Shown here in pieces: positions 54,299-63,041 of a stretch of 64,000 nt of DNA. The number at the start of each line of letters is the position of its first letter. Position 1 is the stretch's first letter. Location: IMG/VR virus record IMGVR_UViG_2531839420_000002, positions 3,685 through 67,684 of that record. One strand, given 5' to 3'. Source of the stretch: a virus. The notes below the pieces were generated by a model that did not search any database, had not been told where the DNA came from, and saw only the letters and a list, made by a program, of their open reading frames with translations. The translations under genes and the position numbers were made by a program.

Positions 54299-54655
54299 GT
54301 GTCCGACCCGCAGCAGAACACTGCCAGCGCTGTTCTGATCGGCCTGGGAGAGCTGAAGGGCCAGATGACCTCGCTTCAGGCGTTCCTGGCTTCGCACACC
54401 GAGCGAATGGATCGCCAGGACGAGCGAATGGATCGCCAGGACGAGCGAATGAACGAATTCAGCCGGAAGCTGCACGAGCACAATCAGGCCGACATCACCA
54501 CCCATGAGGCAGTGCAGGAGAAAGTCAGCAGGGCGAAGAGCGAGCTGACCGAGCGCATCACCAAAGTCGAGAACAAGATCGCCTACTGGAGTGGCGGGCT
54601 TGCCATCATCTCGCTGTTCATTGGTGTTCTTCTCAAGAAGCTGGGGCTGGTGTGA
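54299..54655 (+). CDS. Holin-like / coiled-coil protein with C-terminal TM helix
   Basis: Coiled coil then WSGGLAIISLFIGVLL; directly before the lysin. Confidence 0.6.
   Translation: MSDPQQNTASAVLIGLGELKGQMTSLQAFLASHTERMDRQDERMDRQDERMNEFSRKLHEHNQADITTHEAVQEKVSRAKSELTERITKVENKIAYWSGGLAIISLFIGVLLKKLGLV
54400..54451 (+). repeat. 21-bp tandem repeat (2.5 copies) encoding a heptad
   Basis: CGAGCGAATGGATCGCCAGGA twice plus CGAGCGAATG. Confidence 0.9.
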
Positions 54656-55203
54656 TGGACAGGATCAGGCAAATGGCCACTGAAATCGTGGTTCGCGAGG
54701 GCGGCCTGAGCAAGAACAGGAACGATCGCGGCGGCATCACCAATTTCGGGGTGTCGCTACGCTACGCTCGCGGCAAGGGGCTCGTCATGGATCTGAACCA
54801 TGACGGCGTGGTGGACGAGAAGGACATTCTGCTGGTTACACCGCCCCGGGCCATCGAACTGTTCGTCGAGGATTTCTTCACGGCTCCGCATTTCGACAAG
54901 CTGCCTGAGAGCGTGCAGGAGCAGATGTTCGACATGGCGGTGAATTTCGGCCCCGGCGGCGCCGGCATCGTGCTCCAGAGGGCTCTAAACGCCCTTGGCT
55001 ATGGTCCCCTGGCCGAGGACGGCGGGGTTGGTCCGAAAACCCAGACCGCAGCAACTCTTGCCGACGCTGCCGATCGCCGGGGTCTGGTCAACGGCGTGGT
55101 GGCAGCCCGCATCGCTCGCTTCAATGCCATTGCCAAGAGCGACCCCGGCCAGATTGAGTTTCTCGCTGGCTGGATCAAGCGCGCCAACAGCTTCAAGGTC
55201 TAG
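54652..55203 (+). CDS. Endolysin, glycoside hydrolase family 108 with PG-binding domain
   Basis: REGG...DRGGITNFGVS; FDMAVNFG; LQRALN; DG.VGPKT; F..GW..R. Confidence 0.92.
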   Translation: MMDRIRQMATEIVVREGGLSKNRNDRGGITNFGVSLRYARGKGLVMDLNHDGVVDEKDILLVTPPRAIELFVEDFFTAPHFDKLPESVQEQMFDMAVNFGPGGAGIVLQRALNALGYGPLAEDGGVGPKTQTAATLADAADRRGLVNGVVAARIARFNAIAKSDPGQIEFLAGWIKRANSFKV

Positions 55204-55212
55204 GAGATTGCC

Positions 55213-55815
55213 ATGTTCCCACTGATCCCGCTCGCCATCTCCTTGGCTTCCGAGTTCGCACCGAGGTTGGTGAGCTGGATCGCCGGCGACGAGGCTGGCG
55301 AGGTGGCCCAGAAGGTCGTCGATGTCGCTAAGCAGGTGACGGGCGTCGAACGGCCCGAGGACGCTCTGTCGGTGCTGAAGCAGAAGCCTGAACTGGTCGT
55401 GCAGCTTCAGCTCGGCTTGGCTCAGGTCGAAGTTGAACTCTATAAGGCCGAGACTGAACGCCTCCAGGTGATCAACGACACCATGCGCGCCGAGGGGAAC
55501 TCGACCGATCCCTGGCAGCGCCGCTGGCGACCCACCTGGGGCTTTGTGACAGCCGGCGCCTGGGGTGTGGAGGCTCTGGCTATTGTGGGCTCTGTGGCCG
55601 GCGCAACGGCTGCCACGCTGATGGGAAAGGCGGCTGACGCCAAGATCCTGTTGGACGGGGTGAGTAACCTGATCAGCGCGATGGCGCTGGCCTGGACGAT
55701 GGCGCTGGCCGTTCTCGGCGTGCAGATCACCGCCAGGTCTCAGGAGAAGGGGGGCGGCGGCCCCGGCGGCATTGTTGGGATGGCGAAATCCCTGTGGGAC
55801 GGCGGGAAGAGATAG
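55213..55815 (+). CDS. Holin (3TM gene-transfer-release-type)
   Basis: D.WQRRWRPTWGF motif, hydrophobic segments, VLGV..RS.EK. Confidence 0.7.
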   Translation: MFPLIPLAISLASEFAPRLVSWIAGDEAGEVAQKVVDVAKQVTGVERPEDALSVLKQKPELVVQLQLGLAQVEVELYKAETERLQVINDTMRAEGNSTDPWQRRWRPTWGFVTAGAWGVEALAIVGSVAGATAATLMGKAADAKILLDGVSNLISAMALAWTMALAVLGVQITARSQEKGGGGPGGIVGMAKSLWDGGKR

Positions 55816-55897
55816 ATTTTGGCTACACGATAAAGTCAGCGTTGAGTTACAATAGGCGATGGGGCAAAAGCCCTCGCTCAACGACCGGGGAAAAGAA

Positions 55898-56623
55898 ATG
55901 AAGCAGCGTCAGGCCGCACCCAGAGGAAAGAATGGGAGGGGCCTGCCGCCCCTGTCTTTCGAAGACATGCCGGCACCGCCCGTCAGGGCGTCCAAGAAGC
56001 CCTTTGGAGCCATGAACGAGGCCCAGGGTCATTATCTCTCTACCATTGACGTGAACACGATCGCCTTCGGTCTTGGCCCGGCGGGCACTGGCAAGACCTA
56101 TTGCAGCGTCGGCGCCGCGGCCGAAGCGTTCAGGGCCGGGGAGACGCGCAAGTTGATCTTCACTCGCCCGGCCGTCGAGGCAGCCGAGGAGTCAATGGGC
56201 TATTTGCCTGGTGAGCTGGATGAGAAGTTCGCACCCTATTTCGCTCCCGTTCGCGAGGTCCTGAACGAGCGGCTGGGTCAGTCCCGGGTGGATTATGAAA
56301 TTCAGGCGGGCAAGATCGTGGCACTGCCACTGCCGTTCATGCGCGGGCACACCTTCAAGGACGCCTGGGTGATCTTCGACGAGGCCCAGAATGCCACACC
56401 CAGTCAGATGAAGCTGTTCCTGACCCGCATCGGCGAGCCAGTCAAGGTCATCATCGAAGGCGATCTCGATCAGATGGACATCGAAGGTCCGAGCGGGCTT
56501 GAGGACGCCATTCGGCGCTTGCGGCACATCAAGGGTGTTGGCGCCTATGAGTTCACGGAGGACGACATCGTGCGCTCAGGGTTCTGTCGGGAAATCGTGA
56601 AGGCTTATCGCAAGGCGGCCTGA
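55898..56623 (+). CDS. phoH: PhoH family ATPase
   Basis: GPAGTGKTY; TRPAVEA..GYLPG..EK..PY; FMRGHTF; DEAQN; GDLDQ.D. Confidence 0.95.
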   Translation: MKQRQAAPRGKNGRGLPPLSFEDMPAPPVRASKKPFGAMNEAQGHYLSTIDVNTIAFGLGPAGTGKTYCSVGAAAEAFRAGETRKLIFTRPAVEAAEESMGYLPGELDEKFAPYFAPVREVLNERLGQSRVDYEIQAGKIVALPLPFMRGHTFKDAWVIFDEAQNATPSQMKLFLTRIGEPVKVIIEGDLDQMDIEGPSGLEDAIRRLRHIKGVGAYEFTEDDIVRSGFCREIVKAYRKAA

Positions 56624-56694
56624 TTGCCGCCCGCGCCCCGTCCCCGAGCGCGCTATATCGGGGCATCCCTTCGGGGACGGAATGGAGAGATCAG

Positions 56695-57495
56695 ATGGAC
56701 GCAACGACAACTCGTCGGCTTTTTGGCCCGTTCTACGGCTGCGACTTTACGTTCGCGGCGATGGAGAAGATGGCTCTGCGCAAGGTCAGCCCGTCTGGTC
56801 CAGCGACCAAGAAGGCGATCGAGGGCGAGGATGAGAAGGTCAAAGTCACAAAGAGCCGCCCGCTGGTCACGGAAAAGATGTTCCTGGCCGAGGCTGAACT
56901 GATGCGCTCGAAGTGGTTCGACTATCGACGTATGCACCCGGTTCAGGCCACCTTCCTGTTCGCTCATTGCTACACTCTGGGCGTCAAGCGCGCATGGCGG
57001 AAATACATTGACCACGAAGCGGCAGAAAGGGCGCGTGGGCTCGCTGACGAGAACGTGTTCAAGCTGGAGCCGGGTGGTTTCACTGGCGTCTGGAAGGCTC
57101 GTCAAACCGCCGACCTGATGGGACTGCCTTACGACTTCTTCGTCAATCGCCAGATGGATCTGGCGCTCGACGGCTGCTGGAACCAGGTTCCGCGACCGTG
57201 TCATCTCTACGACCCCGATCGGCTGGCTAACGTCTCACTGGCTTGGGACGAGTGGACCGAAGCCAAGCTCCAGATGGCGAGCGATCCCTGGTATCTGCTC
57301 GTCAATTATGTCGGACATCGGAACCAGGACGCTCATCAGGAATGGCTGATCTCTCAGGCCAAGAGGCGCGCCCGGCCCGAGTTCATTCTGTCCACGATAT
57401 GTTTTAAGGAGCCGATGCTACTTCCCGAGCGCGCCGTCGCTGTTTTCGGGGATAGAAAGATCGAGATCGCTCGTGAAATTGCCTCTTCCAATTAA
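56695..57495 (+). CDS. Conserved hypothetical phage protein
   Basis: SKWFDYR.MHP.QAT..F..Y pattern; 266 aa with RBS. Confidence 0.75.
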   Translation: MDATTTRRLFGPFYGCDFTFAAMEKMALRKVSPSGPATKKAIEGEDEKVKVTKSRPLVTEKMFLAEAELMRSKWFDYRRMHPVQATFLFAHCYTLGVKRAWRKYIDHEAAERARGLADENVFKLEPGGFTGVWKARQTADLMGLPYDFFVNRQMDLALDGCWNQVPRPCHLYDPDRLANVSLAWDEWTEAKLQMASDPWYLLVNYVGHRNQDAHQEWLISQAKRRARPEFILSTICFKEPMLLPERAVAVFGDRKIEIAREIASSN

Positions 57496-57551
57496 GTCAG
57501 CGTTGACTATACTAGACGAAACGACGCGAACCGAGCGAACGGAGATAGATC

Positions 57552-57818
57552 ATGACCCAGCGCCCCACGCTTACCCTTTCTCAGAAGGGCGACAAGCCGC
57601 GCAGGCCCTTCCGCGCTCCCGTCTGGAGCCACCAGCTTGACCTGAAGGATCTGAAGGGGAAGCGGATTAAGCTGATTTTTTCCGACGACACCATCGTAAT
57701 CGGCACTCTGCTCGAAGCTGACCAGTTCACCTTGAAGGTGAAGTATGGCGAGGGTGACGCACAAGTGGTCTTCTTTAAGTCCGCCCTGGTTGGTTTTGCT
57801 CCCTTCGTGGGGGCGTAG
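57552..57818 (+). CDS. Sm/Hfq-like (LSm fold) protein
   Basis: K.IKLIF.D...GTL...DQFTL.V..QVVFFKSAL..F.P aligns by eye with the Hfq Sm1/Sm2 motifs (GQI..FDQF.ILL..Q.VYKHAI..P). Confidence 0.7.
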   Translation: MTQRPTLTLSQKGDKPRRPFRAPVWSHQLDLKDLKGKRIKLIFSDDTIVIGTLLEADQFTLKVKYGEGDAQVVFFKSALVGFAPFVGA

Positions 57819-57820
57819 GC

Positions 57821-59185
57821 ATGTCAAAACCGGCCCTGGCACTCGTTCCTCCATCGCCGGCAGAGGAGGAAGAGGAGGCGAGAACCTACGAGTTCAATGA
57901 CGCCTTTCAGATCAAGATCGCCGGTATGGTGTTGCGCGATCCGCTGTTCAATCAGCGGACGGACGGGCTGGTCAAACCCGAATACTTCACCAACGCCGGC
58001 GTCGCGACGCTGGTGAACATCGCACTCGAATATTACGGGAAATATAAGCGCTGCCCGGATGTGGTGACGCTGACGAATATCATCAGGGATCGTCGCGCGG
58101 CGAAACTGATCCGCAGCGATGTTCTTGATCTGATCAAGGAGACTCTACCGCAGGTAGGGCGCGCCGATATTTCGGATCGCGACTATGTGGTCGATCAGGT
58201 TGCGGTCTTCGCCCAGCATCAGGCGATGGAGCAGGCGATCATCAAGTCGGTCGATCTGATCGAAAAGCGCGACTTCCAGGCGATCAGGAAGCTGGTTGAG
58301 CAGGCCATTCAGGTCGGCGCCAGCGCCGACCTTGGCGGCGTGGATTATTTCGAGAACATCGAAGCGCGAACCCAGCATCGTCGTGACCTGCTGTCTGGCG
58401 CCGCGGCGACTCGGGCGATCACCACTGGCATTCCCGATTTGGACAAGGAGCTTGCGCACGGTGGCTGGGGGCGCAAGGAGCTGAGCCTGATGATGGGCGC
58501 GGCCAAGGCGGGCAAGTCGATGTCGCTGTGCGACTTTGGTCAGGCCGCCTGTCTGGCTGGCTACAATGTGCTTTACGCCACCCTGGAAGTGTCTGCAAAG
58601 ATCATCGAGGACCGTCTCGACGCCAATTTGGCCGACATCGCCGTGCGCGATCTGAAGATGCGTCCGAACGACGTGGAAGCGGCGATCAAGGCAAAGAAGC
58701 CCAAAAAGGGCATCTTCAAGATCCACGAGTTCCCGACTGGCACCATGAAGCCGTCAGACCTGCGCCGGTTGCTTGCGCGCTATCGCTCGCAGGATATTCG
58801 GTTCGATCTGATCATCGTGGACTATGCCGACATTATGGCGCCTGAAATTCGCTCGGACAGCCCGATCGAGAATTTCCGCACCATCTACGTGGATCTGCGA
58901 GCCATTGCCGGCGAGGAGGATGCGGCCATGTTGACCGCAACCCAGACCAATCGCGAGGGCGCGGGCAAGTCGGTGGCGAAAATGACCGACGTGGCCGAGG
59001 ACTTCAACAAGATCCGCATCGCCGACGTGGTGATTTCGATCAACGCGACCGACGAGGAGAAGTCGATTGGCGAGGCTCGCCTGTTTTTCGCTGCAAGCCG
59101 CAATCAGGCTGACGGGTTCACCCTGCGCATCAAGCAGGATCGGGAGAAGATGAAGTTCATCACCAAGGTTCTTGGAAAGGAGTGA
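57821..59185 (+). CDS. dnaB: Replicative DnaB-like helicase
   Basis: MGAAKAGKSM Walker A; TLEVS; IIVDYADIM; TATQTNR; AEDF.K..AD. Confidence 0.92.
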   Translation: MSKPALALVPPSPAEEEEEARTYEFNDAFQIKIAGMVLRDPLFNQRTDGLVKPEYFTNAGVATLVNIALEYYGKYKRCPDVVTLTNIIRDRRAAKLIRSDVLDLIKETLPQVGRADISDRDYVVDQVAVFAQHQAMEQAIIKSVDLIEKRDFQAIRKLVEQAIQVGASADLGGVDYFENIEARTQHRRDLLSGAAATRAITTGIPDLDKELAHGGWGRKELSLMMGAAKAGKSMSLCDFGQAACLAGYNVLYATLEVSAKIIEDRLDANLADIAVRDLKMRPNDVEAAIKAKKPKKGIFKIHEFPTGTMKPSDLRRLLARYRSQDIRFDLIIVDYADIMAPEIRSDSPIENFRTIYVDLRAIAGEEDAAMLTATQTNREGAGKSVAKMTDVAEDFNKIRIADVVISINATDEEKSIGEARLFFAASRNQADGFTLRIKQDREKMKFITKVLGKE

Positions 59186-59577
59186 CGATGAAGTTGTTCG
59201 TGCCCCCGCTGGGGACCAGACTGCGGCTCACCGCAGACTGGACCTTTCCTCTTTTCAACGAGCATCGCAATTACGCGCTCATCAAGCGGCTTGAGCTGAT
59301 CTGGCCTGAGTCTACCACGTCGTATGACCATTGGCATCGAACCGAGTTGAGTCAGGACGTGACGCTGCCGGTGGGGACCATCCTGACGGTGGATCGGATC
59401 TATATTCGTCAGGGCCAGGACAATTTCGACAGCATGACCTTCACGGTTTTCGACTGCCCCGATATGCGACTGCGCAGTAAGTCGAAAGGCGGGCCGATAG
59501 CCGGTCGCGTTCGCTTCTGGGCCAAGCTGGAAAACATCAATGGTCTGGAATGCGAACTGTTCGAGGAGGTTGCCTGA
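59182..59577 (+). CDS. Hypothetical protein
   Basis: GTGA overlap; L.LT.DW.F.L..E.RN..L..VDRIYIRQG..TF..RFW.KL pattern. Confidence 0.65.
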   Translation: MTMKLFVPPLGTRLRLTADWTFPLFNEHRNYALIKRLELIWPESTTSYDHWHRTELSQDVTLPVGTILTVDRIYIRQGQDNFDSMTFTVFDCPDMRLRSKSKGGPIAGRVRFWAKLENINGLECELFEEVA

Positions 59578-59960
59578 TGGGCAAGCAGACCATTTGCGTG
59601 GATTTCGACGGCGTAATTCATGCCTACACCAGCCCGTGGTCCGGCCCCGCGGTGATCTCCGATGGGCCGGTGCCCGGCGTCATTGAATGGCTGGTTCAGA
59701 TGTCCGAGCACTTCTCGGTGGCGATCTACTCGTCGCGCAGCAAGCACGAGGTCGGTTACGAGGCGATGCAGGAATGGCTTTACGAGCACATGCAGGCGGC
59801 CGGCTACGGCGCTCGTCAGTTTGCCGCCCTGAAGTGGCCCACCGAAAAGCCGCCGGCGGTTCTCTATATCGACGATCGGGCTTGGCGTTTCGACGGCCCC
59901 GGCACCTTGCCGACTCCCGAGCAGGTGCAGACTTTCAAGCCCTGGAATAAGGCGGCCTAA
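59577..59960 (+). CDS. HAD-superfamily phosphatase (phage PNKP phosphatase / 5'-nucleotidase-like)
   Basis: ICVDFDGVIH (DxD); YSSR; KP; YIDDRA. Confidence 0.82.
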   Translation: MGKQTICVDFDGVIHAYTSPWSGPAVISDGPVPGVIEWLVQMSEHFSVAIYSSRSKHEVGYEAMQEWLYEHMQAAGYGARQFAALKWPTEKPPAVLYIDDRAWRFDGPGTLPTPEQVQTFKPWNKAA

Positions 59961-60030
59961 CGCCGCGCGACACGCCGGGGTGTGCTGGGGCACAGTTCGC
60001 TAGTTCGCTAATTCACGGATCGGAGGGAAC

Positions 60031-60366
60031 ATGAGCGTCAAAATTGGCGACACCCTGTATCGTCACGACCCCTATCGCACGCGCCCGGAGGATCGTATCG
60101 AAAAATTCACCGTCGTCGGCGAGACGCGGGTGAGCTGGATTGTCGAGCGTTATCGGCGGGAGATCAGGGTCAGCAAGAGCGATCTGACCTACAACGAGCC
60201 GCCCTATGGGCGGCGCCAACTCTACACTCGTGCGCAGATCGAGGAGCTTGAGTGGATAAAGGCCAACAGACCGAAAATCATTGATTGCGTAACGAAAACT
60301 GACAACATCAGTCTTTTGCGCGCCATCGTGGCGGTGATCGAGTCTCATGACACGAGGGCGTCATGA
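60031..60366 (+). CDS. Hypothetical protein
   Basis: RBS GGAGG; VVGETRVSW pattern. Confidence 0.65.
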   Translation: MSVKIGDTLYRHDPYRTRPEDRIEKFTVVGETRVSWIVERYRREIRVSKSDLTYNEPPYGRRQLYTRAQIEELEWIKANRPKIIDCVTKTDNISLLRAIVAVIESHDTRAS

Positions 60367-60605
60367 GGACATGCTTGGATTGCGCCCTGTCGTATCAAGA
60401 GATTAGGGCTGTCGGTGTCGGCGTCGTGTTCATCGGTATTCGCTGCGCTCGCAAGTCGAGTGGATGGAAGGACCAGGTAACAGGCGTCTGGCGCGTCGCC
60501 GGCTTGCTGAGCGCTTATCGGCAACGCCGATTGCCGAGTTGGTGGGATCGCGATCGCTGTGGTCCCGAGGCACGCTATTTCCGCTCCAAGGAGAAGACGG
60601 AATGA
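60363..60605 (+). CDS. Small Cys-containing hypothetical protein
   Basis: CLDC..C..CGPEARYF; ATGA overlaps. Confidence 0.55.
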   Translation: MRTCLDCALSYQEIRAVGVGVVFIGIRCARKSSGWKDQVTGVWRVAGLLSAYRQRRLPSWWDRDRCGPEARYFRSKEKTE

Positions 60606-61705
60606 GTCGTGAGAAATCCCAAGAGCTGCTTGAAGCCATCGACATGGAATATTACCTCGATCGCGAAGCCATCGAATATCGGGCGGGGATGGGTTCGTCT
60701 GGGCCGCAGCTCAATCTGCGAACTTGCCCCGTCTGCGGCGGTGATGCCTGGAAGGTCTATATTGGCGCCGAGACGGGCCTGGGGAACTGTTTCCACGGGT
60801 CCTGTGGTGCGACCTTCAACAAATATTCCTTCATCAAGGCGCACCTGGGCAATCCGCCTGCGGCAGTCGTTCGAGCCCACATTATCGACGTGGCGCGAGA
60901 GATGGGCTGGCGCCCGGCCAGGAAGGTCGCCAGAGCGGTAGAGATGGATGCTGGCTGGGAGCTGCCTCACAGCATTCCGCTGCCGACCGAGGATGGTCAG
61001 AACCTCCAGTATCTCGAAGATCGCGGCGTGACCACCGAATTGGCGGCCTATTTTCATCTTCGCTACTGTCATGACGCTTGGTTCAACTACACCGACTCCG
61101 AGGGTAAGCGGAAGGGTCAGCACTTTGGCGGCCGGGTGATCGTCCCGGTGTTCAATATGGCCGGCAACCTGGTCACGTTCCAGGGTCGTGACATCACCGG
61201 CGCCGCCGATCTGCGCTATCTGTTTCCGAAGCAACTGCCAGCGACGGGGCGCTATCTCTACAACGCGCACAACGCGGTGGGCGCCAAAGCCGTGTGTGCC
61301 GGTGAGGGCGCTTTCGACACGATTGCCATCAAGAAGGCGTTCGACATGGAGCCTGGCCTGCGCGATGTGGTGCCGATCGGAACCTTCGGCAAGCACCTAT
61401 CTGGCCGTCTGGAGGCTAACAGCCCAAGTGGGGATGACCAACTCGGGGCCGTGATCGAGCTGAAGACCAGGGGTTTGGTCGAGTGGACCACCATGTGGGA
61501 CGGCGAAGTGGCTGCTTTGGAGGATGCGGTCAAGGCTGGCGAGCAGATCAGAAAGGTAGGCGTTCGTTCGTTCGTCGCTCTGCTGCCGAAGGGGCGCGAT
61601 CCCAACGAGGTGCCGCCGGCCGAGGTGATTAAAGCTTACATGCGTCGTATCGAACTGACCCCGGCGAACATGGTCAAGCTGCGTCTCAAGAACCCTTATC
61701 GGTGA
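60602..61705 (+). CDS. DNA primase (Zn-binding and TOPRIM domains)
   Basis: CPVCGG..NCFHG.C; RVIVPV..FQGR; GEGAFD; MWDGE; DPNE. Confidence 0.9.
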   Translation: MSREKSQELLEAIDMEYYLDREAIEYRAGMGSSGPQLNLRTCPVCGGDAWKVYIGAETGLGNCFHGSCGATFNKYSFIKAHLGNPPAAVVRAHIIDVAREMGWRPARKVARAVEMDAGWELPHSIPLPTEDGQNLQYLEDRGVTTELAAYFHLRYCHDAWFNYTDSEGKRKGQHFGGRVIVPVFNMAGNLVTFQGRDITGAADLRYLFPKQLPATGRYLYNAHNAVGAKAVCAGEGAFDTIAIKKAFDMEPGLRDVVPIGTFGKHLSGRLEANSPSGDDQLGAVIELKTRGLVEWTTMWDGEVAALEDAVKAGEQIRKVGVRSFVALLPKGRDPNEVPPAEVIKAYMRRIELTPANMVKLRLKNPYR

Positions 61706-61789
61706 AAGAGCGGCAAGTCAGCGTTGACTATTGATCCGCCGTCAGCGTGTCAGATATAACGATTGAACGGAACGAAGCACGAGGGACGC

Positions 61790-62245
61790 ATGAGCGAGTT
61801 CACATACAGCGTTCGCACGGTCGATATGAAATACCGGAGCGGGACGAAAGAGTATCATCTTGTTCTCGTTCAGAGAAACGACGGGCAGGGTATCGCCGTT
61901 GCTCGATGGAATGGTGACGGAAAGTGGGGTCAGATCCAGGTTGAAAAGGGTTCGATCGTAAAGATCCTTCAGTTTTTCAACAGCAAGTTCAACGAGAAGA
62001 CTGGCGCGGGCGGTTATTTCGTCGAGGCTGACAATACTAAGTCGGAACTTACTTCGGCCGGTATGCTTGCGGCCCTGGGTCGCTATCAGACGAAGCTCGA
62101 TCGCAGCCTGATCACCTATTTGGTGGGAACTGGCCCCGAGCCGTCTGACGAATTCAATGAGGATTTCGTCGAAGAGTCAGTGGTGCCGAAGAGGGCTCCG
62201 GGCGAGTCCACCGCCGTCATCAATCGCAACTGGGGAACCTGGTAG
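61790..62245 (+). CDS. WGR-like domain protein
   Basis: K.Y.L....IAVARW.G.G..GQ....F..K.NEK..GY. Confidence 0.45.
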   Translation: MSEFTYSVRTVDMKYRSGTKEYHLVLVQRNDGQGIAVARWNGDGKWGQIQVEKGSIVKILQFFNSKFNEKTGAGGYFVEADNTKSELTSAGMLAALGRYQTKLDRSLITYLVGTGPEPSDEFNEDFVEESVVPKRAPGESTAVINRNWGTW

Positions 62246-62254
62246 GAGGCAGTT

Positions 62255-63022
62255 ATGCAGCTCAGACCGTTCAAGCGTCACGCCGAGAACCACTACCGCT
62301 ACACCTGCCCGGTGCTCGGGGTTGAACGCAGCTATGCCGACGACATGGCGCTCTATGAGCAGCACATGAAGGGGCAATGCGTTGGCCCGGCATTGATCCA
62401 CACCATGATGCGGGCCTCGAAAGATCCAACGATGCACATGCTCGCCTATGAGGGTGAGCGGGGCGAAGAGGTTTTCTACGAGGCCGACCCAAACGCTCCC
62501 GTGAAGACGCTGCCGAAGGTTATTGTTGATCGCATCAAGTCAATCTTGATTGTTGATTGCTTCCACGCCCCGGGCCTCACGGAAGAGGACAAGTTGTTGA
62601 TCGCGGAGATCAATGCTGGCGTGGTTCCGGCCGACGCACGGAGCGAAGAGCGGCCGAAGGCGGCCGGTGGTCGGGGGCGGGTCAACATGGGTCAGCGGCG
62701 CGTTGAAAAGCCCGCTGCGTCGGCACCGCTGGCCGAAAAGGAGGAGGCGCTGAAGGTTGGCAGCTACGCCGACGCGTTGAACAAGGCGATCGAGCGCGAG
62801 TGCAAGACGGAAAAGCCCGTTCAGCCCGCTCAGGCAGCTCAGGAGCCCGTTCGGCTCGCCGTCGCCCCCTCGGTGCCCCAGAAGAAGGAAAAGCCCACCA
62901 GCGCCCCGAAAATGGGCGTCAGCGAGCCCACGAAGCCGGCAGAGGCCCCGGCGGGTAGTGCTCCCAAGATGAGCCTGCTCGAAATGGCCAAGCGCATGAA
63001 GAAGCCGGCCGAGGCCGCCTGA
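62255..63022 (+). CDS. Hypothetical protein with Pro/Ala/Lys-rich C-terminus
   Basis: RBS GGAGG; 255 aa. Confidence 0.7.
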   Translation: MQLRPFKRHAENHYRYTCPVLGVERSYADDMALYEQHMKGQCVGPALIHTMMRASKDPTMHMLAYEGERGEEVFYEADPNAPVKTLPKVIVDRIKSILIVDCFHAPGLTEEDKLLIAEINAGVVPADARSEERPKAAGGRGRVNMGQRRVEKPAASAPLAEKEEALKVGSYADALNKAIERECKTEKPVQPAQAAQEPVRLAVAPSVPQKKEKPTSAPKMGVSEPTKPAEAPAGSAPKMSLLEMAKRMKKPAEAA

Positions 63023-63041
63023 ACAACAACGGAGATAGACC

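Larger units (their letters stand above)
187..60013. repeat. Dispersed TTCGCTAA / ATTCGCGAAT motif, often tandem or inverted
   Basis: Clusters at 187-208, 602-621, 1960, 3418-3443, 4375-4397, 4843-4860, 5722-5742, 6336, 8711-8738, 13528, 14253, 15809, 20014-20040, 23923-23943, 35775 and 59996. Confidence 0.8.
8215..61730. repeat. Dispersed 16-bp palindromic operator AAGTCA-N4-TGACTT
   Basis: Copies at 8215, 21520, 23949, 24613, 28895, 29089, 31155, 33743, 33783, 34802, 37372, 39197, 39224, 39890, 44389, 49044, 49089 (half), 49569, 51180, 54207, 55833, 57494 and 61715; all at gene junctions. Confidence 0.92.
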
